A stretch of DNA of 64,000 nt from an uncultured Chloroflexia bacterium (GTDB taxonomy: Bacteria; Chloroflexota; Limnocylindria; Limnocylindrales; CSP1-4). The translations under genes were made by a program, and so were the position numbers. The first letter of the stretch is position 1. Each line of letters opens with the position of its first letter. The stretch spans positions 203,894-267,893 of the forward strand of contig CAVXUF010000002.1 in assembly GCA_963764975.1 (NCBI GenBank), written 5' to 3'. Below are positions 10,775 to 23,450 of this stretch, piece by piece. Below the pieces are notes generated by a model. That model ran no database searches and was not told where the DNA came from. It worked only from the letters and a program-made list of their open reading frames with translations.

Positions 10775-13147
10775 ATGCCTGAGTTCAACCTCGTCTCGCC
10801 GTTCGAGCCGACCGGCGACCAGCCCGCCGCGATCGAGCGTCTGAGCGAGGGTCTCGCCAAGGGCGCCCGGCACCAGACCCTGCTTGGAGCGACCGGGACC
10901 GGAAAGACTTTCGCGATGGCCCGCGTCATCCAGGAGCACCAGAAGCCGACGCTTGTGCTGGCCCACAACAAGACCCTGGCGGCCCAGCTGTACGCGGAAT
11001 TCCGCGAGTTCTTCCCGGACAACGCGGTCGAGTACTTCGTCAGCTACTTCGACTACTACCAGCCCGAGGCCTACCTGCCGCGCTCGGACACGTACATCGA
11101 GAAGGACTCGTCCCGCAACGACGAGATCGACCGGCTCCGGCACGCCGCCACGCACGCGCTGTTCGAGCGGCGGGACGTGATCATCGTCGCCAGCGTCAGC
11201 TGCATCTACGGGCTCGGCGCGCCGGTCGACTACGGCGCGACCGTGCTCAAGCTCCGGGTCGGCGGGCAATACCGGCGCGACGCGGTCCTGCGCCATCTCG
11301 TCGATCTCCAGTACCAGCGCAACGACCAGGCCCTGTCGCGTGCCCGGTTCCGTGTCCGCGGCGACACGCTCGAACTCCAGCCGGCGTCGGAGGAGACCCT
11401 GGTCCGCGTCGAGTTCTTCGGCGACGTCGTGGAGCGGATCACGGAGCTGGACCCGCTCACCGGCGAACTGCTCGCCGAGCGCAAGGAGACCAACGTCTAC
11501 CCGGCCTCGCACTACGTCACCCCGGCCGACAAGCTCAAGGAAGCGATCGTCGACATCGAGGCCGAGATGGAGGTCCGCGTCGGCGAGCTCGAGGCCGAGG
11601 GGCGAGCCCTCGAGGGCGCCCGGCTCCGCCAGCGGACGACCTTCGACCTCGAGATGATGCGCGAGCTCGGCTACTGCACCGGGATCGAGAACTACTCGCG
11701 CCACCTGTCGCGACGCGAGGCCGGCAGCCGGCCGTGGACGCTCCTCGACTACTTCCCGCCGGACTGGCTGCTGGTCGTCGACGAATCGCACATGACGATC
11801 CCGCAGGTCGTCGGCATGTACAAGAACGACCGGACGCGCAAGGAGATCCTGGTGGACTTCGGGTTCCGGCTGCCGTCGGCGCTCGACAACCGGCCGCTGA
11901 CGTTCGAGGAGTTCGAGGCGACCGTCAACCAGGTCGTCTACATGAGCGCGACGCCCGGGCCGTACGAGCTGGAGCGCAGCGAGCGGATCGTCCAGCAGCT
12001 CATCCGGCCGACCGGGATCATCGACCCGCCGATCACCGTCCGCCCGACCGAGGGCCAGATCGACGACCTGCTCGAGGAGATCCGGGGCCGCGTCGAGCGC
12101 GGCGAGCGCGCGCTGGTCACGACGCTCACCAAGAAGATGGCCGAGGACCTCGCCGATTACCTCAAGGAGCTCGGCGTCAAGGTCCAGTACCTCCACAGCG
12201 AGGTCGACACGCTCGAGCGCGTCGCGATCCTGCGCGACCTGCGGCTCGGCGTGTTCGACGTCCTGGTGGGCATCAACCTGCTGCGCGAGGGGATCGACCT
12301 GCCCGAGGTGACGCTCGTCGCGATCCTCGACGCCGACAAGGAAGGGTTCCTGCGGTCGGCCTGGTCGCTGATCCAGATGAGCGGCCGCGCGGCGCGGAAC
12401 ATCGGCGGCGAAGTGATCATGTACGCCGACCGCGTCACCGAATCGATGAAGGTCGCGATCGACGAGACCGCCCGACGCCGCGCGATCCAGGACGGCCTAC
12501 AACACCGAGCACGGCATCGAACCCACGACGATCATCAAGGGCATCCACGACATCAACCAGCGGCTGCGGGCCGTGGCCGAGTCGACGGTCGTGTACAGCT
12601 CCGAGCGCGGGGGCGAGTTCACCGAGGCCGATCGGGCCAAGGTCGAGGCGCTCGTCGTCCGGATGGAGGCCGAGATGAAGGCGGCGGCCAAGGAGCTGGA
12701 GTTCGAACGGGCCGCCGCGCTCCGCGACGAGGTCCAGCAGATCCGGCTGCGGGTGCTCGAGCAGGACGCGTCGATCATCGTGGGCAAGGCCGCGGAGCGC
12801 GCGGCGTCGGGACGGGGGCTGACCGGTGCCGCCGATCGCGCGCGCGGGCGACGGGCCTCCGATGCGGCCGATCTCGTGTCGACGATGGAGGTCACGAGCG
12901 TCACGGTCCTCCCCGCCGACGAGGACGGGGTCGGGCACGACGGCGAGCACGGCGACGAGGGCGACGGCGCCGGGTCGAGGCCGGGATCGACCAGAACACG
13001 ATCGCGGACTGGCTCCCCGGGATCCGCGACGAGCACGACGACGAGGGCGGGACCCAGGCCCGCTGGCAGGACCGCCCGACCTGGGATCGGTCCGTGACGC
13101 CGAACATCCGCAAGCGCACGGGTCAGCGACCGGGTCGTCGCCGCTGA
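10775..13147 (+). CDS. uvrB: excinuclease ABC subunit B (two apparent frameshifts, long C-terminal tail)
   Basis: [17 protein letters not shown], Walker [17 protein letters not shown], helicase motifs, UVR domain [18 protein letters not shown]. Frame changes near 12490 and 12968 (pieces 10775.., 12573..13097, tail to 13147). Confidence 0.9.
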   Translation: MPEFNLVSPFEPTGDQPAAIERLSEGLAKGARHQTLLGATGTGKTFAMARVIQEHQKPTLVLAHNKTLAAQLYAEFREFFPDNAVEYFVSYFDYYQPEAYLPRSDTYIEKDSSRNDEIDRLRHAATHALFERRDVIIVASVSCIYGLGAPVDYGATVLKLRVGGQYRRDAVLRHLVDLQYQRNDQALSRARFRVRGDTLELQPASEETLVRVEFFGDVVERITELDPLTGELLAERKETNVYPASHYVTPADKLKEAIVDIEAEMEVRVGELEAEGRALEGARLRQRTTFDLEMMRELGYCTGIENYSRHLSRREAGSRPWTLLDYFPPDWLLVVDESHMTIPQVVGMYKNDRTRKEILVDFGFRLPSALDNRPLTFEEFEATVNQVVYMSATPGPYELERSERIVQQLIRPTGIIDPPITVRPTEGQIDDLLEEIRGRVERGERALVTTLTKKMAEDLADYLKELGVKVQYLHSEVDTLERVAILRDLRLGVFDVLVGINLLREGIDLPEVTLVAILDADKEGFLRSAWSLIQMSGRAARNIGGEVIMYADRVTESMKVAIDETARRRAIQDGLQHRARHRTHDDHQGHPRHQPAAAGRGRVDGRVQLRARGRVHRGRSGQGRGARRPDGGRDEGGGQGAGVRTGRRAPRRGPADPAAGARAGRVDHRGQGRGARGVGTGADRCRRSRARATGLRCGRSRVDDGGHERHGPPRRRGRGRARRRARRRGRRRRVEAGIDQNTIADWLPGIRDEHDDEGGTQARWQDRPTWDRSVTPNIRKRTGQRPGRRR

Positions 13148-13229
13148 TACCACAGGACGTGGTGCGCGGGCGCGCCGGAATCGGGTGTGGACTGATGTCA
13201 TCCGGTGGGGTTCGGCCTAGATTCGAGCG

Positions 13230-13541
13230 GTGCTGCTCAGATTGGTGACGTTGGTGGTCGCGCAGGGCCTCGACCTGGCCTCGTTCCAGGTGATGGTCGA
13301 TCGGCACGGGCTGGAAGCTGAGGGCAATCCCCTCGTCGCGCAGTTGTTCCAGACCCTTGGGATGCCAGGTGTGGCCGGCCTGAAGGTCGCCCTCGTCGTC
13401 TTCGTCGGGGCACTGGCAGTGGCCGCATGGGCGAACCGTGGGAACCGGACCTGGGCGTTCATCGGCGGGGCACCGCTGGCGGTCGGGATCGTGGTCGGGA
13501 TCATCGGCGGCATCACGAACGCGGCCTCCTACCTGGGCTGA
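13230..13541 (+). CDS. small integral membrane protein (DUF5658-like)
   Basis: ORF track, GTG 13230. Hydrophobic helices and an LDLASF...EGNPL motif. TAGATT at 13218-13223 lies 6 nt upstream of the start. Confidence 0.6.
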   Translation: MLLRLVTLVVAQGLDLASFQVMVDRHGLEAEGNPLVAQLFQTLGMPGVAGLKVALVVFVGALAVAAWANRGNRTWAFIGGAPLAVGIVVGIIGGITNAASYLG

Positions 13542-13745
13542 CGTCCGCTCGGCGGGCGGCTCGCGGAACGGTGCTCGTACCGTGGGGCGGTACGTGACGA
13601 CGCGATCGCGACGCCTCCGACCGATTCCTACCGTCCGGCGACCGGGCCGGTTCGTCGTGACCGCGCGACGGTACGAAGCGACAGGCGCGGGATCGAGGGC
13701 GTCGCGTGCGAACGTGGCACGTTACGAGCTCGGGCAGACTCGCGC

Positions 13746-13782
13746 AGAACACCCGTTCCATTTGCCAGCATTCCGCTAGACT
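13746..13782 (+). promoter_or_regulatory. candidate LexA (SOS) box overlapping the uvrA promoter
   Basis: AGAACACCCGTTCC (13746-13759) has the GAAC-N4-GTTC core. CGTTCC (13754-13759), 17 nt, TAGACT (13777-13782). GTG 13789 lies 6 nt after the -10. Confidence 0.45.
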
Positions 13783-13788
13783 ACGGAC

Positions 13789-16848
<3,060 letters not shown>

Positions 16849-16875
16849 CCGGGTCCGCGGCGCTACCATCGGCGC

Positions 16876-17331
16876 ATGCCGGACATCGACTTCGCGTTCC
16901 TCGCCGATGCGGCCGAGACCGTGCCGGGCCAGAAGTTCCACGTCCTGGGTGGTGGCATCGCGCGGATCGGCGGACGACGGTTCCCGCTCCGGCACCCGCA
17001 CCTCACGCTCGTGATCGGGTTGCAGGTCACCGCGCCCGAGACGGAACGTGAGCACGAGATCCGGTTCGTCCTCCTGGACCCCGACGGGGCCGAGGTCGCA
17101 GGCGCCACCGGCAGCGTCGTCGCGCGCAGCCAGCGTGACGGGCGCGACGCGACGCTGACGTTCTCCATCGACCTGTGGAACCTCACCTTCCCGGCGCCAG
17201 GGGACTATTCGTTCCGGATCCTCGTCAACGGGTCGGAGCGCAAACGGCTGCCGCTGCTCCTGGTGGCGCCGCGCGGCGATGACGGCGACGATGGCGGGGA
17301 CGTCACGGGCACGCGACCTTCGGATGACTGA
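16876..17331 (+). CDS. hypothetical protein
   Basis: ORF track. ATG 16876 lies 6 nt after TACCAT (16864-16869). No family recognised. Confidence 0.6.
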   Translation: MPDIDFAFLADAAETVPGQKFHVLGGGIARIGGRRFPLRHPHLTLVIGLQVTAPETEREHEIRFVLLDPDGAEVAGATGSVVARSQRDGRDATLTFSIDLWNLTFPAPGDYSFRILVNGSERKRLPLLLVAPRGDDGDDGGDVTGTRPSDD

Positions 17332-17668
17332 CGCCGGGTCGCGGCGCATCATCGGCACGACGAAGGGCCCGGCCCGCCACGAACGACCGGTCATCGACGC
17401 GCTGGGCCTCGAAGCCGCTCGTCACGCAGATCGACTGCTCGACGAAGCGCGGGCGCTCGGGATCGTCCGCTGGTCCGCCTATTTCGACGACCTGCCGGAT
17501 CGCCTCCGCGACGACGAGCCGGCCGCGCTCCGGCGCAGCGCGCTCCGGGCCCGGGCGGCCTACGGCGTCAAGGACTCCGTCCGCGACGCGCTGCCGGAGC
17601 GGCTGACCGAGCCGTTCCTCGAGGCCGTCGACCGCCTGCTACGGGAGCTCAACCGATCCAGGGGATGA
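17324..17668 (+). CDS. hypothetical protein
   Basis: ATG 17324 overlaps the preceding stop (ATGACTGA). In frame with ORF 17279..17668. Helical, Arg/Asp-rich, no family recognised. Confidence 0.5.
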   Translation: MTDAGSRRIIGTTKGPARHERPVIDALGLEAARHADRLLDEARALGIVRWSAYFDDLPDRLRDDEPAALRRSALRARAAYGVKDSVRDALPERLTEPFLEAVDRLLRELNRSRG

Positions 17669-18159
17669 GCCGGTGCGTCCTGGTGCGGTACGCGGGGTAG
17701 TCCGGGAACCGTTCCGCGAGCCACCGTTCCTCCAGCCCGGACTTGACGCGGAAGAAGGCCCACAGGATGGCCGCCAGGACCGCCGCCGGGATCGATGCCG
17801 TCAGGAGCGCCCATCCGAACGCGGCCACGATCAGACCGCCGTAGATGGGATGGCGGACGCGGGCATAGATCCCCGTCTGCGACCAGGCCGGAACCCTCCT
17901 TCGGATAGGGGAGCGGCGTGAGGGCTGCCCCGAGATCCCGGCTGCCGAGGCGGATCAGCCAGGCTCCCGCGAGGAGGAACGCGACCCCCGCGACCGAGGT
18001 CACCACGCGGGCCTCGCCAGCCCAGGCGGGTCCGAGCCGGCCCGCCAGCCCGATGGCGACGAGCAGCACGACCTGGATGATCACCCAGCCCTCACCGCGG
18101 GCACCCAGCGTCGGCGTACGTGTCACGGCGCGAAGGTTACGCTGCCAGCCGGAGCTCAT
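17649..18159 (-). CDS. isoprenylcysteine carboxyl methyltransferase-like membrane methyltransferase (one apparent frameshift)
   Basis: N-terminal piece is ORF 17560..18159. After a one-base slip at the CCCC run 17871-17874 the frame reads GIYARVRHPIYGGLIVAAFGWALL...FFRVKSGLEERWLAERFPDYPAYRTRTHRLIPWIG to stop 17649-17651. Alternative GTG start at 18126. Confidence 0.65.
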
Positions 18160-19763
18160 GCGCGTCGAACGCCTCGAACAGGAATGGCGATGGTGCTGCT
18201 GGGTCGTAGAGGATCGTCAGCGAGCGCCGCGCTCGCGTCCAGGCGACATAGGCGAGCCGTCGCTCCTCCTCGAGCGCCCGAGCGGGGTCCGCGGCGCCCG
18301 AGACGGCGCGGGCGCTCGGGAACCGGGCCGCGTCCATCCCGAGGACCACCACGTGGTCGAACTCGAGGCCCTTCGTGGCATGGGCGGTGGCCAGCGTCAG
18401 GGCGGCGTCATCGCGACGGAGCGATGCCAGGCGGGTTCGCGCGTCGCGGACGGCCGCCGTGAACGTGTGGAGCGAGCCATACGCCGGCGCCCAGGCCAGC
18501 AGCGACGTCAGCAGCGCCGCCTTCGGGGCGTCCGCAGCCAAGGCCGCGGCACGTTGGCGCCCGATGCTCACGAGCAGCGGTTCGCCGTCCCGTGCCTCCG
18601 CCTGGATCCCGTCCAGGACGTCGTCGAGCGCCGGGTCCTCGAGGGGGAGCGCCAGTCGGTCGGCACGGAACGGGATGCCGGCAGCGAGCGCCACCACCAC
18701 GGCCGCGATGAGCTCCCGATTCGTCCGGGCCAGCACGGCCCGCGTCGAGTCGTCGTCCGGCCACGTCGCCATCGCCCGCTCGAGCCGTTCCGGATCGTCG
18801 GCGGAATCCGGGGCCAGGACGAGCCGGCCCTCCGCCGCGGGACCCGAGGCGATCCGCTTGGCGAAGCGCTCCCCGTTGTGTTCGACCAGCCGGACGGCCC
18901 GTGCCACCACCGGCGCCGGACACCGATAGTTCACTTCGAGGTCGATCCTTCGTGAGCCCCGGCAGCCGCGCCTCGAGGGTCAGCACCCGCCGCACGTCGG
19001 CCAGCCGCCAGCCGTAGATCGACTGATCGTCATCGCCCACGAGCAGGATCCGGTTCGCGGGCGCCGCGAGGAGCAGGGCCAGCTCCAACTGCGCCCGGTC
19101 CACGTCCTGCACCTCATCCACGAGGAGGTGCGCGCAGCGATCACGCCACCGGGCGAGGAGCACCGGATCGGCATTCAGTCGCCGAACGGCGCCGAGGACG
19201 AGATCGTCGAAGTCGAGACCGCCTTGCGCCCGGATCGCGGCCTCGTAGTCGACGAATGCGCGCGCGATCGGCCCGGCGTCGGGGTCGGCGGCGACGTCGG
19301 CCGGTGACACGCCCAGCTCGATCTTGAGGCGCGAGATCGCCCCGTCGAGCTCGACGAGGTTCTCCTCGCTCGCCCACGGCGCGACCTCGCGCAGAACCGC
19401 CGCACGGTCGACGAGCGGCCTCATCGCCGGGCCGGTGTCGCGCAGGATCTCGAGCCCGAGCGCATGGAACGTCCGGACACGGACGAGCCCGGGTTCGATG
19501 CCGAGCGGCGCCAGCGCCGCGTCGAGCCGTTCCGCCAGCTCCACGGCGGCTCGCTTGTTGAACGTGATGGCCGCGATCGTGTCGGGGGCGACGCCGGAAT
19601 CCACGAGCCACGCGATGCGCGCGACCAGGGTCGTCGTCTTGCCGCTCCCGGCGGGCGCCACCACCAGGACCGGACCGGGCGGCGCGGTCGCGGCCGAGCG
19701 CTGATCCGGTGCCAGCTTCTCGAGTCGTGTATCGACGGACGGATGGAGCGCCACAACGAACAT
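18137..19763 (-). CDS. UvrD/Rep-type SF1 DNA helicase (one apparent frameshift)
   Basis: Pieces 18408..19763 and 18137..18934. Walker A APAGSGKTTT, LLVDEVQD, VNYRCP, TAHATKGLEFDHVVV, RRLAYVAWTRARRSL. Frame change near 18945. Confidence 0.8.
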
Positions 19764-19830
19764 GGTGCCGACCGACGCTCACCCGGTGCTTACCACGGAC
19801 TCCGCCGGCGGGCTCCGCGGGCCGGTTCTC

Positions 19831-19969
19831 CGCGGGCCGGGCTCCGCCGGGCGGTTCTCCAATACCAGTGGAGTCTTCGCGAGATCTGAGCGTGGCCGAG
19901 TCCCCGGATCGCACGCTGGGCAAGGATCCACGAGGCACCTGTCGAACTTTCTCCAATACCAGTGGAGTC
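19831..19969 (+). repeat. 139-nt multi-hairpin repeat, copy B
   Basis: Same length as 20357-20495 and differs at about 8 positions. Contains TCTCCAATACCAGTGGAGT twice (19856-19874, 19950-19968) flanking a central hairpin. A partial extra GC-rich unit sits at 19811-19830. Confidence 0.8.
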
Positions 19970-20044
19970 GGCGCCACCATCGAGCCTCACGGGGCGTCAA
20001 CACAGCAGCAGCGGCAGACACGACGGCCCGTCACGATGGGGTAG

Positions 20045-20326
20045 ATGATGACGAAGTACCTGCTCCGGGCCGCCAAGTTCGTGGTTTTGGCGGGGATCGC
20101 CGTCCTGGCCGGTCTTGTCGCGGCGTTCGCGTGCGCCCTGGTCGGCCACTGGATCCTCGTTCTGCGCTACGGCGACGACCTCAACGCCATCGACGACACG
20201 CTGCCCATGATCGCCGCCGTGTGGACGTCCTACCTCGTCGGGGTGGTGGTCGGACTTGGTGTCCTTGTCCTGGGCTGGCGGCGGTTCGTGCGCGGACGAA
20301 GTGGCCGCCGGCAATCCCAGGGTTGA
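20045..20326 (+). CDS. small two-TM membrane protein
   Basis: ORF track 20045..20326. Two hydrophobic helices (FVVLAGIAVLAGLVAAFACALVG; VWTSYLVGVVVGLGVLVLGW). Bracketed by the two 139-nt repeats. Confidence 0.5.
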   Translation: MMTKYLLRAAKFVVLAGIAVLAGLVAAFACALVGHWILVLRYGDDLNAIDDTLPMIAAVWTSYLVGVVVGLGVLVLGWRRFVRGRSGRRQSQG

Positions 20327-20356
20327 CCACGACGCGATCGGACTCTCCGCGGGCTC

Positions 20357-20495
20357 CGCGGGCCGGGCTCCGCCGGGCGGTTCTCCAATACCAGTGGAGT
20401 CTTCGCGAGATCTGAGCGTGGACGAGTCCCCGGATCGCACGCTGGTAAACGATCCACGAGGGACCTGTCGATCCTTCTCCAATACCAGTGGAGTC
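20357..20495 (+). repeat. 139-nt multi-hairpin repeat, copy C
   Basis: Direct repeat of 19831-19969. 19-mers at 20382-20400 and 20476-20494. Central hairpin arms AGCGTG (20415-20420) and CACGCT (20438-20443) around a C-rich loop. Ends 62 nt upstream of uvrC. Confidence 0.8.
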
Positions 20496-20556
20496 AGCGC
20501 GCGCCGCTCTCGCCGGCCTCGCCGCATCGGGCGGCGGCATGACCTAGCATCGACGG

Positions 20557-22408
20557 GTGACCCCGGAACTCGACGCCACGCTCAAGCACCTGCCCGACCG
20601 TCCCGGCGTGTACCTGATGAAGGACGCGCGCGGCGACGTCGTGTATGTCGGCAAGGCGCAGAGCCTGCGCAGTCGGGTGCGCTCGTACTGGCAGAAGGCG
20701 ACGCCCGCCGGCGAGATCCACCGCATCCGGAGCGTCATCGACCGCGTGGTCGAGGTCGAATACACGATCACGGATTCGGTGTCGGAAGCGCTGCTGCTCG
20801 AGGCCAACCTGGTCAAGCGCTTCAAGCCGCGGTTCAACGTCCGGCTCAAGGACGACAAGAGCTACCCGTACATCAAGATCACGCTCGGCGACGACTTCCC
20901 GCGCGTCGAACGGACGCGCAAGCTGCCGACCGACGGGAGCCGCTACTTCGGGCCGTACGCATCCGCGACGAGCGTCGACGAATCGATGAACCTCGTCCGG
21001 CGGCTGTTCCCGTTCCGGACCTGCACCATCGACATCAAGGACGGCCAGCGGGCGCTCCAGCGGCCGTGCCTGCTCTACCACATCAAGCGCTGTCAGGGCC
21101 CATGCATCGAGGCCATCTCGAAGGCCGACTACCGCGCCGACATCGCGCAGGTGGAGCTGTTCCTCGAGGGTCGTCAGGAGACGCTCGTGAAGGCCCTCGG
21201 CGAGGAGATGGGGGCCGCCGCCGCCCGGACGGACTACGAGCGCGCCGCCGTCGTGCGTGACAAGATCCGCGCCATCGAGCGGACGATGGAGAGCCAGAAG
21301 ATGGCGGCGTTCGCGAAGACCGAACTGGACCTCCTTGGGCTCGCTCGCGCGGACAACCAGGCCGCCGTCCAGCTGTTCTCCATCCGCGACGGGAAGATGG
21401 TGGGGCGCGACGTCTTCCTGCTCGATGCCATGCGCGAGGCGGGCGACGACGAGGTGCTCGGCGAGCTTCCTCGAGCAGTACTACCTCCGCGCGACGTCGA
21501 TCCCGCGCGAGGTCTACCTGCCGCGGCGCGCCGACGACAACGCGGATCTCGAGGCGTTCCTCGCGGATCGGCGTGGCGGCCCCGTCCATCTCCGCGTCGC
21601 CCAGCGTGGCGAGAGGCGCAAGCTGATGGATCTGGCGTCACGGAACGCTGCCGAGACGCTGGCCAAGGAGCAGGCGCGCTGGCTGGCGGACCACGGCAAG
21701 ACGCTGGCCGCGCTCGAGGAACTCGCCGACGCGCTGGGGCTGCCCGGTCCGCCCGCCCGCATCGAGTGCTACGACATCAGCACCATCCAGGGCAGCGACA
21801 CGGTCGGCAGCATGGTCGTCTTCGAGGATGGCAAACCGCGCTCCGGCGAGTATCGGCGGTTCCGCATCCGGACCGTCAAGGGCCCCGACGACTTCGCCAG
21901 CCACCAGGAGGTGCTGCGCCGTCGGTTCCGGTTCAGCAAGGCGGGCCAGGAAGGGACCGACGAGGAGCGACGCTGGGCGATGCCCGATCTCGTCCTGATC
22001 GACGGCGGTCGTGGCCAGGTCAGCGCCGCCAAGGCGGTCCTCGACGAGCTCGGCCTGCACGACCTCCCGATGGCGGGTCTGGCGAAGGAGCGCGAGGAGC
22101 TGTTCCTCCCGGGTCGGTCCGAGCCGGTGGTCCTGCCGGCGACGTCACCCGCGCTGTACCTCGTCCAGCGGCTGCGCGACGAAGCGCATCGGTTCGCCAT
22201 CACGTATCACCGCGACCTTCGCGCCAAGCGGGCGATCCGCTCGGCGTTCGACGACCTGCCCGGCGTCGGCCCGAAGCGCAAGCGCGAATTGCTCAAGGTC
22301 TTCGGCTCGATCAAGCGCGTCCGCGATGCCCCCGTCGAGCAGATCGCCGCCGTCCCCGGCATCAGCCGCGCCCTCGCCGAACGCATCAAGGCGACCCTCG
22401 ACGCCTGA
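20557..22408 (+). CDS. uvrC: excinuclease ABC subunit C (one apparent frameshift)
   Basis: GTG 20557 lies 6 nt after TAGCAT (20545-20550). GIY-YIG (GVYLMKDARGDVVYVGKAQSLRSRV), UVR domain, C-terminal (HhH)2 (LPGVGPKRKRELLKVFGS). Frame change near 21462. Stop at 22406-22408. Confidence 0.9.
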
Positions 22409-22804
22409 TCGGGCCGAATCCGGTGCGCCCGCCACTACGACCCCGAGCTCGGCCGCTTCCTGACCCGCGACACGTGGTCAGGCGACCCGCTCACCCCGCA
22501 GACCCAGGACCGCTACACGTACCTGGCCAACGATCCGCTCAACGGGACCGACCCGTCGGGTCACTGCGGCGTGGACATCGTCGTCGACGCGGCCTTCGTC
22601 GCGTTCGACCTGGCCGGTCTGGCGTTCGGTCCCGAGAAGGACCGCGCCGCCAACGCGGCGGCCCTCGGCGCCGACGTCGCCGCCGCGTTCGTCCCGTGCG
22701 TCACCGGAGCGGGGCTGGTGGTCCGGGCGGGACGCCACGTCGACGAGGTGGGAGACACGCTCCGCTGGGCCGATGAGGCGATCCGAGCGGCGGGAGCGAG
22801 GTAA
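22409..22804 (+). pseudogene. orphan Rhs/YD-repeat core C-terminal fragment (no start codon)
   Basis: Frame is open from the codon after the uvrC stop: RHYDPELGRFLTRDTWSGDPLTPQTQDRYTYLANDPLNGTDPSGH (Rhs core end motif DPxGH). A 78-aa tail with a TG motif (FVPCVTGAG) follows. Stop at 22802-22804. Confidence 0.65.
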
Positions 22805-22997
22805 TCTGTCGGAACGGCACGCCGAGCCCCAGCAACTTACGGACGCCAGCCGACGGACTGTCCTTTCGTGACTCGATTTCCAACCCGTATCCAATGCGAG
22901 TCGTGAGTCGCGACAACGTCCCACCGGGACACGTCACGGTCCGCGACCTCGATGTCCGGACCCTCAAGGACGCCGTAGTGATCCGGGGAAAACTCCG

Positions 22998-23375
22998 ATG
23001 AACTCGAGCACATCCGCAGTCGTTGGCCACCTCGCCGAGGTCGCCGAGATCCTGCGCGCGCATGCGATGAAACTGGCTAGTGACGAGTCCACGATGGCCG
23101 TCGAACACGATCTTTCGATTCGGAAGTACGAGTCCGGGGCGCTGCTGGTCGAGGGCTATGTCGATCGAGCGGTAATCGGCGGCCTGTCGCACGTTTGGTG
23201 GGTGGAAGCTGAACAGGAAGCCGTGGATCGTTGGACCGTCCGATCCTCGCTTCGTGAGGTTGCTGGGTCGAATGAGAATCGGATCAGGGAGGACGAGGCA
23301 GCGGGACTAAGCGACTCGGAAGTCAGCTTGGCGCTGGTTCGAGCCGCCTCCAAGATCGTCGCGTGGTCGTTCTAG
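22998..23375 (+). CDS. hypothetical protein (candidate orphan immunity gene)
   Basis: ORF track. ATG 22998 overlaps (ATGA) the stop of a 35-codon upstream ORF (22894..23001). Lower G+C than the flanks. No family recognised. Confidence 0.5.
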   Translation: MNSSTSAVVGHLAEVAEILRAHAMKLASDESTMAVEHDLSIRKYESGALLVEGYVDRAVIGGLSHVWWVEAEQEAVDRWTVRSSLREVAGSNENRIREDEAAGLSDSEVSLALVRAASKIVAWSF

Positions 23376-23450
23376 CGGGGCATAGCCTCTTTGCGCGAGG
23401 GTCGACTGGCACGTACCAGACTGAAGCTGACCGACTGAAGGATCTCTTGG

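Noticed and set aside
5700-13000. Programmed ribosomal frameshifting or recoding as an explanation for the frame breaks
   Set aside because: There are too many sites (up to four in a 600-bp gene). No slippery heptamer or stimulatory structure recurs. Several breaks elsewhere sit at simple homopolymer runs. Indel error is the economical explanation.
19811-20495. CRISPR array
   Set aside because: There are only two copies of a 139-nt unit separated by 387 nt that includes a plausible ORF. Repeat length and spacing are incompatible with CRISPR, and no cas genes are in the window.
22406-22804. Stop-codon read-through fusing UvrC to the Rhs fragment
   Set aside because: Sharing a frame has a 1-in-3 chance. 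The UvrC C-terminus is complete. A read-through product has no obvious logic.
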